Positions 1 to 7,943 of a stretch of 24,000 bases of DNA are shown here, piece by piece. The notes below the pieces were generated by a model, which saw only the letters and a program-made list of their open reading frames with translations, ran no database searches and was not told the origin of the DNA. Origin of the DNA: Methanofollis sp. GTDB taxonomy: Archaea > Halobacteriota > Methanomicrobia > Methanomicrobiales > Methanofollaceae. Both the position numbers and the translations under genes were made by a program. Within the stretch, counting starts at the first letter, position 1, and each line of letters opens with the position of its first letter. The stretch covers positions 14,354-38,353 of the forward strand of contig NZ_JAQVNX010000010.1 in NCBI RefSeq assembly GCF_028702905.1. Reading direction: 5' to 3'.

Positions 1-126
1 CGCGGGCCTGCTGGGGTGATCAAGGCTTCTGCTCTCCATGAGTGATACCTGCGTAGGATCAGGGCAGGATAGAGGATCTGTGCTTATTTTCCTGGACCTG
101 AATACTTCCCCTCTAAATAACGCGGA

Positions 127-414
127 ATGATAGGCAGAGCCAATTTATCTTGTGGGGTAAAGGGGCAGAGCGTGAAGACTCTCCTGAAGATCGGGAGATT
201 CGATCCCTCCTCGAAGATCTGTAGCAAATGTGGGTATCTCAAGCAGGATCTCACGCTTTCAGACAGAGAATGGATCTGTCCGGACTGTGGTACTCGTCAC
301 GACCGCGACATCAACGCGGCGATCAATATCAAGAAGTTTGCCCTGCAAGAGCAGAACCTTGTGGGGGTAGCAGGTGCGGGACGCGCCGTCGAGCCTGTGG
401 ACTCACCTCAATAG
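127..414 (+). pseudogene. tnpB: C-terminal remnant of an IS200/IS605-family TnpB (OrfB) RNA-guided nuclease
   Basis: The 95-aa ORF carries the TnpB zinc ribbon (SKCGYL...CPDCG) followed by the RuvC-III-type motif HDRDINAAINI. An in-frame TAA lies at 118-120, and the other upstream frames also contain stops. A degenerate FLDLN (compare IEDLN of RuvC-II) sits in another frame at about 88-102. The N-terminal part is therefore missing or decayed, and may continue left of the window. Confidence 0.75.
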
Positions 415-470
415 AGGGAGGATGAAGCAGGAAGCCCCGGTCTTCAGGCCGGGGTAGTTCACTAGGGGAT
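355..470 (+). mobile_element. IS right-end region: tnpB 3' tail plus terminal hairpin (candidate omega-RNA scaffold remnant)
   Basis: A hairpin spans 434-455 (gCCCCGGtc-ttca-ggCCGGGGt), with six G:C pairs extended by one C:G pair and two G:U pairs around a ttca loop. Reading through the tnpB stop gives ...DEAGSPGLQAG, which resembles the EAGSP-type tail I recall at the 3' ends of archaeal tnpB genes, where conservation is thought to be at the RNA level. Boundaries are approximate. Confidence 0.35.
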
Positions 471-480
471 ATGAATTTTC

Positions 481-1626
481 TCAACTGGTTAAGGGCAGGA
501 CACTCAGTTCTGTTTCCACCCCGGATACCGGTGAAAAATACTCTTCGCCATTAAAACTACCCGAAAGAATTCCCACAATTATCCTATCGTGGTCGGACTC
601 AACGTGATAAACCGGTGATCCACTGTCTCCAGGCTCAGCAGTGTATGAAGCGAAGTACTGATCATACAAGTAACGCTGTGTAGATGGATGGAATACAAGA
701 CCCTTTCTTTGGACTTCTCCTGATGTCGTGCCCGTTGTTCTTCCTGATTTGAAAACAGTTAAGCCTTCCCAGGGTTCATCATAATATCCTTTTACAGTCT
801 GATCCACACCCTGCGAGTGAATTTTTGCTGCAACATTGCTGTATGGCACCCAGGCTGCATCAGCATAAGAAGATGAATATGGCCATCCTGTATCCGCACC
901 TACAGACCCACAAGAATTTGAAGAACCAGTCGTCGGTTGATAGACATTTTCTCCACTCCCATCCGAACAATGCGCTGAAATAACATAACCCCGCGTGCCA
1001 GAAGAGGTCTGTGCAGCCCACCCGAGTGTTGAGGTTGCCGTCAAACTCCCTAAGAATGTCTGGATTTGTATGCCTCCAATTAATGGTCGAAATCTGTCAC
1101 TTGCGCTGTGGAGGACAAGACTGTCCGGACGGACATGGACACTCGTGAATTTTACGGGGATACTCTCAAAGCCTGCATTTCTCCCCTTTTTGTCGAGGAT
1201 TTCGTACAGTTCCTCCATGGTGGCGGTAATGTTATCTTCGGGCCAGTCTTCCGGAATACCCACATCGATGTATCCTTCGACGTCATGTCCATAGTTGATA
1301 ACCGGTCCCCTGGGATACAGGCGAGGTTTTGCAAAAGAATAGAAGGTGTCGTCGGTAAAGTTATCCAACGTACTATACCATGAGATCCAGGGGTGTGAGG
1401 TCTTTGTATCGCTGAAGTCCGGAAGACTTCCATAAATACCCAGAATTTTTTCATGGGATCTCAGTTCCTCAATGACATCAGCACGTTCTTCAGGTGTCAG
1501 ATCTGTACGTTCATCTACGTAGTTCTGTTCACTGTCATTCTGTTGCGCTGCGGCAGGTCCCACAAATGCCGGGACCAGCAAGGCCAGGATAAGCAGGACC
1601 GACAGAATTCCGGTTAATCTTTTCAT
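481..1626 (-). CDS. Secreted chymotrypsin-fold (S1, alpha-lytic/streptogrisin-like) serine protease with a long pro-region
   Basis: This is the ORF at 481-1635. Its track start is a GTG embedded in a GAGGTGA Shine-Dalgarno-like motif, so the ATG at 1626 is preferred. It has a signal-like N-terminus (KRLTGILSVLLILALLVPAFVGPAAA) and a pro-region of about 170 aa. Catalytic motifs follow in H-D-S order: ISAHC, DAAWV, GDSGSPVY. PLIGGIQI looks like a mature N-terminus. Confidence 0.7.
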   Translation of the reverse strand: MKRLTGILSVLLILALLVPAFVGPAAAQQNDSEQNYVDERTDLTPEERADVIEELRSHEKILGIYGSLPDFSDTKTSHPWISWYSTLDNFTDDTFYSFAKPRLYPRGPVINYGHDVEGYIDVGIPEDWPEDNITATMEELYEILDKKGRNAGFESIPVKFTSVHVRPDSLVLHSASDRFRPLIGGIQIQTFLGSLTATSTLGWAAQTSSGTRGYVISAHCSDGSGENVYQPTTGSSNSCGSVGADTGWPYSSSYADAAWVPYSNVAAKIHSQGVDQTVKGYYDEPWEGLTVFKSGRTTGTTSGEVQRKGLVFHPSTQRYLYDQYFASYTAEPGDSGSPVYHVESDHDRIIVGILSGSFNGEEYFSPVSGVETELSVLPLTS

Positions 1627-2108
1627 TTTCTTCACCTCTGCAATTTTTGTTCCGGGATGCCAAACTCAAAAAGGATGATTTCCCTTTAGAGTGGGGAAAT
1701 ACTCCCTATGGGGGGGTTTAGTGCCGGGAACATCTCATCGATAATTCTCGGCATCGCATGGAGACAAAATCCCGAATTTTGCATCACCACCACTAAATAT
1801 GGCGCATAATATATTTGTGGTTTCTGAGCAGATCGTTTATCTGTCAGGAGGTGGAGGTGCGAACTCTTGCGGGAGATTTCAGGAGAATGATCAGGGGGCC
1901 GTCGCCATCGAACATTCAACATCTCTCCAGAGTTGATTTTTCAATGTCGTTGTTGCAGCCTTTCGCCAATCAAGGGACAAAGGATAATAATTCTGGAGAG
2001 TTCCTCGATCACAATTTTGAACTGCTTTCATAGTATTGGCCGGATCTGTTCTTGATTCTCCAGAGACCTCTGGGTGCGGTCCTGTGTGCAAACCCTATCC
2101 CCGTCTTC

Positions 2109-2657
2109 CTAATCACCGATCGGGATAAAGTCAGACCGTGACATCAAAAGGAACACGGCAAGAACAAAGAGCAACGATCCTGTCGCAAGGAGCATGAGAC
2201 CTGTCGTAAAGAGAGATGAAGCGGCAAGAGATCCCAGAGCGACACCGGCCTCAGGAGACGGAAGATTGCTGAGAATATCGGCACTAAGTGCGACGAACCC
2301 GCATGCCGCCATCCCGAGTGCGGTGGTGAGGATGATCTTCACCTGCTGTATTTTCGATGGATGCAGGAGCGCATACCCTTTATACGATATCTCATAATAA
2401 ACCCACTTGTGATCGTTTTCTTTGCGCCTTACGAGGTTTGATGCAAGCATTTTTGCAAGGTGGGTGTAGGCAGAGGACTTCGGGATATTGAGGATTTTTG
2501 AAATCTCGGAGACTGTCATAGGGCGTGCTTCGAGATTTTTCAGGATAGATATGCGAGTCTCGGACGATAGTGCTTCAAATGTGGTGATGTCCAGGAGAAT
2601 CTCATCTGACAATAGTATGCCTCGATCTGTTCGATTAAACCTGCTCTGCATATACAT
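2109..2657 (-). CDS. Membrane-tethered ArsR/SmtB-type winged-helix transcription regulator
   Basis: ATG start. The HTH segment ETRISILKNLEARPMTVSEISKILNIPKSSAYTHLAKMLASNLVRR is followed by WVYYEISYKG (the wing). The C-terminal roughly 85 aa forms about three hydrophobic helices (IILTTALGMAACGFVALSA..., SLAASSLFTTGLMLLATGSLLFVLAVFLLM). Confidence 0.65.
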   Translation of the reverse strand: MYMQSRFNRTDRGILLSDEILLDITTFEALSSETRISILKNLEARPMTVSEISKILNIPKSSAYTHLAKMLASNLVRRKENDHKWVYYEISYKGYALLHPSKIQQVKIILTTALGMAACGFVALSADILSNLPSPEAGVALGSLAASSLFTTGLMLLATGSLLFVLAVFLLMSRSDFIPIGD

Positions 2658-2694
2658 TTTGCGAAATAATCCCTAATGTCTGAGAAAATATCTG

Positions 2695-3021
2695 TCATGG
2701 GTGTCTGCCCGAGAAGATATCGAGAACGAGACCTGCGATACCGCCGATGAACGCACCTATGACGGGGTAGAGAATGTTGTTAATGATGAACGGGATATGC
2801 ATTCCCGGCATGAACAGGTCTACAGATGCATAGAAGATCTCGACAGAGCGTGTGATAGGTAGCGCGAGGAAGTACCCCCCTTCCGAAAATGGCGACGGAC
2901 CCATAATAAAGAAGTCAAGCCATATGACTCCCAGAAAACCCCAAAGGGCACCCAGAAGCACCCCTGTCTGCGGGAGCGTCATTTCCCGCAGTTCAAAAAG
3001 AAGAGAGAGGAGTTTATCCAT
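2695..3021 (-). CDS. Small integral membrane protein (about 3 TM helices), function unknown
   Basis: This is the ORF at 2695-3030. The ATG at 3021 overlaps the TAA of the upstream gene (ATGGATAAA), which suggests translational coupling. The product is hydrophobic and rich in G, I, L and F. Confidence 0.55.
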   Translation of the reverse strand: MDKLLSLLFELREMTLPQTGVLLGALWGFLGVIWLDFFIMGPSPFSEGGYFLALPITRSVEIFYASVDLFMPGMHIPFIINNILYPVIGAFIGGIAGLVLDIFSGRHP

Positions 3022-3775
3022 CGATGGCACTCACACAGAGAACTTCGGAGGCATTTGCACCATCTGTTCCGTAGAAGATCCATGCCGGGGTGAGATACTC
3101 CTGGGTTATGTCTGGTTCTTCAGCATAATAGCCCAGCGTGACCCGGTTGATCTCGATAGTTCCTGTCAGCGATAGTGGTCTGTTGATGGTTTCTCCCTTC
3201 CTGAGTTTTTCGAGCGCAGCACCCGCAGTGATGAGCGGGACATTTTCAGCCTTTTCTACCGTCCGCCATATCTTCTGGACATGGAGCACCTTGCCATTTT
3301 CACCGAGATCGACGATGATCTCTGCCCCGGGCCCGACAACAGGCATACCGTCCAGTTCCTGCCCGAAGATTATGTGCACCCACATGGGTGTTTTTCTGGT
3401 CTCTTCAAGACTCGTCGTGTTATACTCTCGAAGATATATCGTTTCCGCGTGGGTAACGACGGCATCGTCGGGGATGCCGCTGTATGCACCAAGAATTTTC
3501 TCTGCAATGATCAGACCTTCCTGCTCGGTCGGCAGGTTTTCTCTTGCTGCCATAATGTTGGGTTCCTTGATATCCTGGAAGGTCTCGCAGTCGATCACTC
3601 TATACTTCGGCGCTGTTTCGGGGCCGGAGGGGAGGGCGCTCGTCATCACGATATTCAGATCCTGTCCCTGAAGTGACTCTGCAGGATGCAAACTCGAATG
3701 GGCTAACTCCGCAAAGAGACCGAGGCCCACGCTGCATACGATGATTCCAAAGATTAAAACTCCCAGATACTTCAT
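3014..3775 (-). CDS. Secreted or N-terminally anchored protein, function unknown
   Basis: The ATG at 3775 is preceded by GGAGGAG. There is an N-terminal hydrophobic anchor (YLGVLIFGIIVCSVGLGLFA) and then a soluble mixed alpha/beta-looking domain of about 220 aa. I recognised no family motif. Confidence 0.6.
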   Translation of the reverse strand: MKYLGVLIFGIIVCSVGLGLFAELAHSSLHPAESLQGQDLNIVMTSALPSGPETAPKYRVIDCETFQDIKEPNIMAARENLPTEQEGLIIAEKILGAYSGIPDDAVVTHAETIYLREYNTTSLEETRKTPMWVHIIFGQELDGMPVVGPGAEIIVDLGENGKVLHVQKIWRTVEKAENVPLITAGAALEKLRKGETINRPLSLTGTIEINRVTLGYYAEEPDITQEYLTPAWIFYGTDGANASEVLCVSAIDG

Positions 3776-3789
3776 GTTTCATCTCCTCC

Positions 3790-4002
3790 CTAGCATGCCC
3801 AAGAACTGTAATACCCATTGTTGTCATCCGGATCCTCGTCAGGCTCAAGATGACCCTGCCCCGGCAACTGATCGCTTGTCATTTGCAGCTGGGTGTCGGC
3901 GATGGCAACTGCCGTCACAGAAGATCCGAACGAGTTAACCGTGCTGTAATACCACGCGCTTGACATGCAGTAATCGTTATCAATCGCGTATGATCCATTC
4001 AC
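3790..4002 (-). CDS. Possible small acidic protein (first cistron of the 4002-2109 operon)
   Basis: The 70-codon ORF has only a GTG start and no clear Shine-Dalgarno motif. Its TAG stop lies immediately before the GGAGGAG ribosome site of the next gene, which is the only positional support. No motif was recognised. Confidence 0.25.
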   Translation of the reverse strand: MNGSYAIDNDYCMSSAWYYSTVNSFGSSVTAVAIADTQLQMTSDQLPGQGHLEPDEDPDDNNGYYSSWAC

Positions 4003-4441
4003 ATCACCATTTGCTGATATTTCCCACCACTCATCCTATTCCGGAAGATATTACGACAAATATCGGGCACAATCGCAACTTGAATGGCGTGTTCCCAATT
4101 TTGGCTTCTTAGTGGGCAAATAGAGAGTATCCACATACGCAGAAAAGCATACTTAAAATGTTCGCTTATTTCGAACAAAAGAGATCGAGTTATATCCTCC
4201 TTCGGCCCTGGAGAATCCCTCTGGTGGATGTGTCCTCCAGGTTCTCTGAGAGGATGTGCGGACCCTTGCCTTCCCCTCTGGCCCGCCGCGGGACTACTCA
4301 GGGAAGCCTAATGGCTCTCTCCTGCTCACTTCGTTCGCACAGCGAAGACCTGAAGAACCTCTTAAGTTAGTTAGTGCTCGTTGCCCCCAATGGAACCGAA
4401 GAAGAGTGGACGGGAAACTCCGAAGAGGAAGGGGGTACCCT

Positions 4442-5770
4442 TCACTCGCTCTTCCTGAGCCGTGCGAGAATCCGCATCTTCTTTTCTATCGCCGCATCTG
4501 CGGCGGCCCTGACCTTTTCCTTCATCTCGTCGAAGTCGCGCGGTTCGGTGTCCACGACCTTCTTGACAGGGGTGTAGGCCGACTCGCGGAAGCGTGGCTG
4601 GAAGTCGTGCTCTTCGCTGCCGGAGACAAGGACCGAGGCGGCCGGCCCCTCCTCGACATGGCCCATCTGCTCGATCGGTACGCCGGCCGAGCGGACGACG
4701 GTCATGACCTCCTCCGCGTACTCGGGGGGCACGACGATGAGGAGGGCGTCGAGGGAGACGCCGAGGTAGTCGATCTTGAGGGCGTCGAGCATTGCGAGCA
4801 CCTTCGGCTCGACAAGTTTCCTGAGGTTCGCCTCGTCGACGACGATCCGGCAGTCCGCGGTCTCGGCCATCTCGTAGACGTCGCCCCGCAGTCCCCCGTT
4901 GGTGACGTCGGTCATGGTGTGGATATGGTTGAGGACCGGGCTTTTCAGGAGGACCTCGCAGGCCTTGAGGAAGTGGAGGTTGATCGTCTCCTCGACGACC
5001 TCCGGGTAACCGGAGTACAGCGCCGTGGTGGCGATGGTGCCGCCGCCCGCGCCCGCGGTCATGAGGAGGACGTCGCCGGCCCGCGTCTCCTTCCGGGCGG
5101 TGAGGTGGTCGGCGACGCCGACGGCCCCGACGCACCCGGTCATCCGGTCGCCGAGGACCATGTCCCCGCCGATGCGGAGGGTCGAACCCGTGACGAGCGG
5201 GACATTCATCGCCTCGGCGACGGCGGCGATACCTGCGGTGTAGTCGAAGATCTTGGCCACGTCGCCGTCGTCCGCCACATGGATGTCGGAGAGGAGGGCG
5301 ACGGGTTTTGCCCCCATCACGTAGGCGTCACGCAGGGTCGCCCGCGTCACGTGGAAACCGGCCAGGAAGGGGAAGTCGGAGAGGCGGGAGTGCATGCCGT
5401 CGACGGTGGTGATAATATATTTCCCGTTCGCGGATACGGCCCCCGCGTCGTCCATCTCGTCGACGCCGACTGCGGCCGTCGCCTTCCCGATGATGCGCGG
5501 GAACTGCCGGTGGGCAAAAAAGTCGCCCTTCCCGCGGGACCCGACACCGAACTCCCCCATGGTGACGCCGGCATGCTCGAAGACAAAGAGGTCGCCGGCG
5601 AGGCCGGTGGTATTTTTCACCTCTTCGAGGACGGCTTTTGCGAATGTCTCCGCATATTCCGGGGAAGCGTCTGTCTTGATCCTGAGGATCTCACATTTGA
5701 GGGCTGCGACGACGTCGTCTTCGCCCCTGCCCGCAGAGAGTTCCCTGCGGACAAATCCCTCTATATCCAT
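4442..5770 (-). CDS. PurM/AIR-synthase-superfamily ATP-binding protein (ThiL/HypE/SelD-related), subfamily unresolved
   Basis: This 442-aa ORF has an ATG start. PurM-type N-domain motifs are present (VDEMDDAGAV, TTVDGMHS, GAKPVALLSDIHV), as is a C-domain (GDVLLMTAGAGGG, MTDVTNGGLRGD). An extra N-terminal region of about 90 aa is present. The antisense 628-aa ORF is a low-complexity artefact. Confidence 0.8.
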   Translation of the reverse strand: MDIEGFVRRELSAGRGEDDVVAALKCEILRIKTDASPEYAETFAKAVLEEVKNTTGLAGDLFVFEHAGVTMGEFGVGSRGKGDFFAHRQFPRIIGKATAAVGVDEMDDAGAVSANGKYIITTVDGMHSRLSDFPFLAGFHVTRATLRDAYVMGAKPVALLSDIHVADDGDVAKIFDYTAGIAAVAEAMNVPLVTGSTLRIGGDMVLGDRMTGCVGAVGVADHLTARKETRAGDVLLMTAGAGGGTIATTALYSGYPEVVEETINLHFLKACEVLLKSPVLNHIHTMTDVTNGGLRGDVYEMAETADCRIVVDEANLRKLVEPKVLAMLDALKIDYLGVSLDALLIVVPPEYAEEVMTVVRSAGVPIEQMGHVEEGPAASVLVSGSEEHDFQPRFRESAYTPVKKVVDTEPRDFDEMKEKVRAAADAAIEKKMRILARLRKSE

Positions 5771-5905
5771 AGAAAAAGATCGACGGGATCGGTGTTAAAG
5801 GCAGTGATGAGTGTCCTCCCCGGTGGCCTGCACGAGGATTCATATTTCTGGAGCGCAAGGAGGGGTGGGCGTGCAGCGTCGCCCGGAACGGGGGGAGTAC
5901 GAAGT

Positions 5906-6142
5906 ATGAGAAAATATACACTGACTGCGGCGCTCTGGGAAGAGGAGAGGGTCTATGTCTCGAAATGCCCGGAGATCGGTGTGGCCAGTTGCGGGGACAC
6001 GCCTGACGAGGCCCTGGCCCACCTCAAGGAGGCGGTTGAGTTGTATCTGGAGAATGCGCAGGCGCTCGGTATGATGGAGGACATCGCCCCGGCGCTGCGG
6101 TCGCCGCGGAAGTTTGCGGCGACCTTCGAGGTGATCGAGTGA
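5906..6142 (+). CDS. hicB: HicB-like (UPF0150-type) antitoxin
   Basis: The ATG at 5906 follows GGGGGGAG. The 78-aa product (YVSKCPEIGVASCGDTPDEALAHLKEAVELYLEN) shows the typical HicB N-domain pattern. Its stop overlaps the next start (GTGA). Confidence 0.75.
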   Translation: MRKYTLTAALWEEERVYVSKCPEIGVASCGDTPDEALAHLKEAVELYLENAQALGMMEDIAPALRSPRKFAATFEVIE

Positions 6143-6396
6143 CGCGGCTCCCCGTCCTCTCCTCGGATGCGGTCCTCAGGGCGCTGAAGAGGGCGGGCTT
6201 CGACTATGCGCCGCGGCGGAGCAAAGGGCACCAGGTCGCCCTGTACCGCGTCGACGAGAACGGTCGCCCCCTTCTTGTGATCCTGCCGAAGAGGAGTGTC
6301 CTGCCGGTGGGGACGCTCCTCTGCGTCCTGCAACAGGCGAACCTGCACAAAGAGCGTTTCGTCCTCTTTGTCGGCGAGGCCGCGCCGGCGTTGTGA
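6139..6396 (+). CDS. hicA: HicA-like (YcfA family) mRNA-interferase toxin
   Basis: A GTG start overlaps the hicB stop. The pattern is LPVLSSDAVLRALKRAGF...KGHQVALY...LPKRSVLPVGTLLCVLQQANL, that is, a dsRBD-like HicA with a conserved His. Confidence 0.7.
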   Translation: MTRLPVLSSDAVLRALKRAGFDYAPRRSKGHQVALYRVDENGRPLLVILPKRSVLPVGTLLCVLQQANLHKERFVLFVGEAAPAL

Positions 6397-6719
6397 GGGC
6401 CGTCATGCCCTTTTGACACGCCGGCGCAGTCTCCGTATGTCTCAACCAATGTTTGTGGGCTGCGAGAAGGAAAGGCAATTTCTCATCGGGCGGCCCCCGG
6501 GATCAACCACTGTCCCCCTCTTTTCCCCGGACTTCGACGATGCGTGACCGGTATTGTGCGGCAAAAAAGAACGGCCTCTCTCCTGTGAGTTTTGATGCGG
6601 ATTTCGACCTGACGCCCGGGGGGAGAAGGGAACCCGGCATCGACGGCATGGTGAGGAGTGTCTGATCCCGGCCGCCGCGGCGCCACCTACTTCTGCTCTG
6701 CGTGCCAATTCTTCGGGGT

Positions 6720-7517
6720 ATGTCTTCGTGTGCCCTGACGATTGCCGGGTCCGACTCGGGGGGAGGTGCCGGTATCCAGGCTGATCTCAAGACTTTCGCC
6801 GCGTACGGCGTGTGGGGGACGTCGGCGCTGGCGGCGGTGACGGCGCAGAACCCCGGCGGCGTGGCCGGGGTGTGGCCCCTCTCCCCCGACGCCGTTGCCG
6901 CGCAGGTGCGGGCGGTCTTCGAGGCTTTCCCTGTCGGTGCGGTGAAGACCGGGATGCTCGCGGAGGCCGGGGTCATTCACGGGGTGGCCGCCGCCCTGCC
7001 CCCGGGTGTCCCGCTCGTCGTCGACCCGGTGATGGTGGCGACTTCGGGCGCCCGCCTGCTTGCGGAGGATGCGGTCGACGCCCTGGTCGCCGACCTGATC
7101 CCCCGTGCGGCGGTGGTGACGCCGAACCTCCCCGAGGCCGGGGTGCTGGCGGGTTTCCCGGTCGAGGGACCGGACGGGATGCGGGAGGCGGGGCGGGCGA
7201 TCCTCGCGATGGGTGCCGGGGCCGTGGTCGTGAAGGGCGGCCACCTCCCGGGCGACCCGACCGACATCCTCATCGATGCGACAGGGGAGGTCGTCCTCTC
7301 CGGTCTCCGTCACCCCTATGCCGTCCACGGTACGGGGTGCTCTTTCTCCGCGGCCCTTGCGGCGGGACTCGCCCGCGGTATGCCTCTCCGGGACGCCTTT
7401 GTCGCGGCAAAGACTTTCATCGACGGTGCCATCGCCCATGCCGTCCCCGACCTCCGGGGTCGCCGGTCGGTGAACCCCCTGTGGGAGTGCGGCAAGGGAG
7501 ACTTCCCGTATGTGTGA
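6720..7517 (+). CDS. thiD: Hydroxymethylpyrimidine/phosphomethylpyrimidine kinase
   Basis: The track ORF starts at the GTG at 6702, but the ATG at 6720 is preferred. Supporting motifs are [49 protein letters not shown] and the anion-hole motif [16 protein letters not shown]. Confidence 0.85.
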   Translation: MSSCALTIAGSDSGGGAGIQADLKTFAAYGVWGTSALAAVTAQNPGGVAGVWPLSPDAVAAQVRAVFEAFPVGAVKTGMLAEAGVIHGVAAALPPGVPLVVDPVMVATSGARLLAEDAVDALVADLIPRAAVVTPNLPEAGVLAGFPVEGPDGMREAGRAILAMGAGAVVVKGGHLPGDPTDILIDATGEVVLSGLRHPYAVHGTGCSFSAALAAGLARGMPLRDAFVAAKTFIDGAIAHAVPDLRGRRSVNPLWECGKGDFPYV

Positions 7518-7557
7518 CAATAACCTTTGAAAAACAGAATTTGATTATAATTATATC

Positions 7558-7563
7558 TTTTTT
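7558..7563 (+). terminator. Oligo-T tract downstream of thiD (archaeal-type terminator candidate)
   Basis: A T6 run lies about 40 nt after the thiD stop, inside an AT-rich stretch. Confidence 0.3.
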
Positions 7564-7879
7564 CGATTTCTGGATATTATAGTGTCCACACGGAAATACA
7601 TACCATTATATATCGTGGTGCAATGATGATGCCGTCTCCCCCCTTCCCTTCACCCGGATTTTGCGAGAGCGATCGATCCGCCGCAGGATCGGGTCTGCCC
7701 TGTATCCCGCATATCTATCCCTGATCCGGAAATGGAGCCAGGTTTTTCTCCCCCCGTCCTGCCCGGTCCCCGGGAGCCGATATGCCCGTGCCCTCCCGGG
7801 AATTCTGGCCCAATATCCCGGTATTTATCGCCTGAATATCAATATAACCGGTCCATGTCTCTAGATAAGAATCGGAATG

Positions 7880-7886
7880 TTTATAT
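7880..7886 (+). promoter_or_regulatory. TATA-box candidate for the pilin operon
   Basis: TTTATAT lies about 60 nt upstream of the ATG at 7944. The GGAGGTGA Shine-Dalgarno motif sits at 7931-7938, which implies a 5' UTR of about 30 nt. Confidence 0.3.
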
Positions 7887-7943
7887 CATCAATCCTGACA
7901 CCTTATGATATCCAGCCTCAGATGAGGTCTGGAGGTGAAAACG

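Noticed and set aside
4200-4440. A region at the composition boundary with short inverted repeats (for example CCTGGAG...CTCCAGG at about 4207-4239, and CTTCG...CGAAG near 4337-4355). It was examined as a possible tRNA or att site, or as a structured ncRNA.
   Set aside because: No cloverleaf, T-loop (GTTCRANYC) or anticodon arm could be built, and no matching repeat was found at the other end of the AT-rich block. The stems are short. The region is left unannotated.
4256-6142. A very long 628-aa ORF on the plus strand. Similar long ORFs lie antisense to, or out of frame with, the called genes, for example 6687-7520(-), 6812-7582(+), 10580-10969(-), 11438-12214(-), 14899-15717(+), 15576-16208(+), 16615-17229(+), 17335-18294(+), 21598-22527(-), 22065-22892(+) and 22838-23851(-).
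   Set aside because: Their translations are Arg/Gly/Pro/Asp/His-rich low-complexity strings with no motifs. In each case another frame carries clear family signatures. Stop-poor alternative frames are expected in DNA of about 70% GC. Only the last 78 codons of 4256-6142 (hicB, from ATG 5906) look real.
6397-6719. A GC-rich gap of about 320 nt upstream of thiD, examined for a TPP (THI-box) riboswitch. It contains TGTGAG...GACCTGACGCCCGGG, and an imperfect GGA(C/T)TTCGAC 10-mer occurs twice (6529-6538 and 6599-6608).
   Set aside because: The CUGAGA and ACCUGAUCUGG...CCAGCG...AGGGA core and the P2/P3 helices of the TPP aptamer cannot be reconstructed. The repeated 10-mer is short enough to arise by chance. 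A covariance-model scan (Rfam TPP) would settle it.
7623-7700. An ATGATGA (C-box-like) sequence in the long thiD-pilin intergenic region, considered as a possible C/D-box sRNA.
   Set aside because: No CTGA D' or D boxes lie at the required spacing of about 12 nt, there is no C' box, and no terminal stem could be found.
7661-7864. A 67-aa ORF in the intergenic region upstream of the pilin genes.
   Set aside because: It has no ribosome-binding site, its composition is atypical (Pro/Arg/Ser-rich), and it shows no recognisable motif. The region more probably holds the promoter and 5' UTR for the pilin operon.
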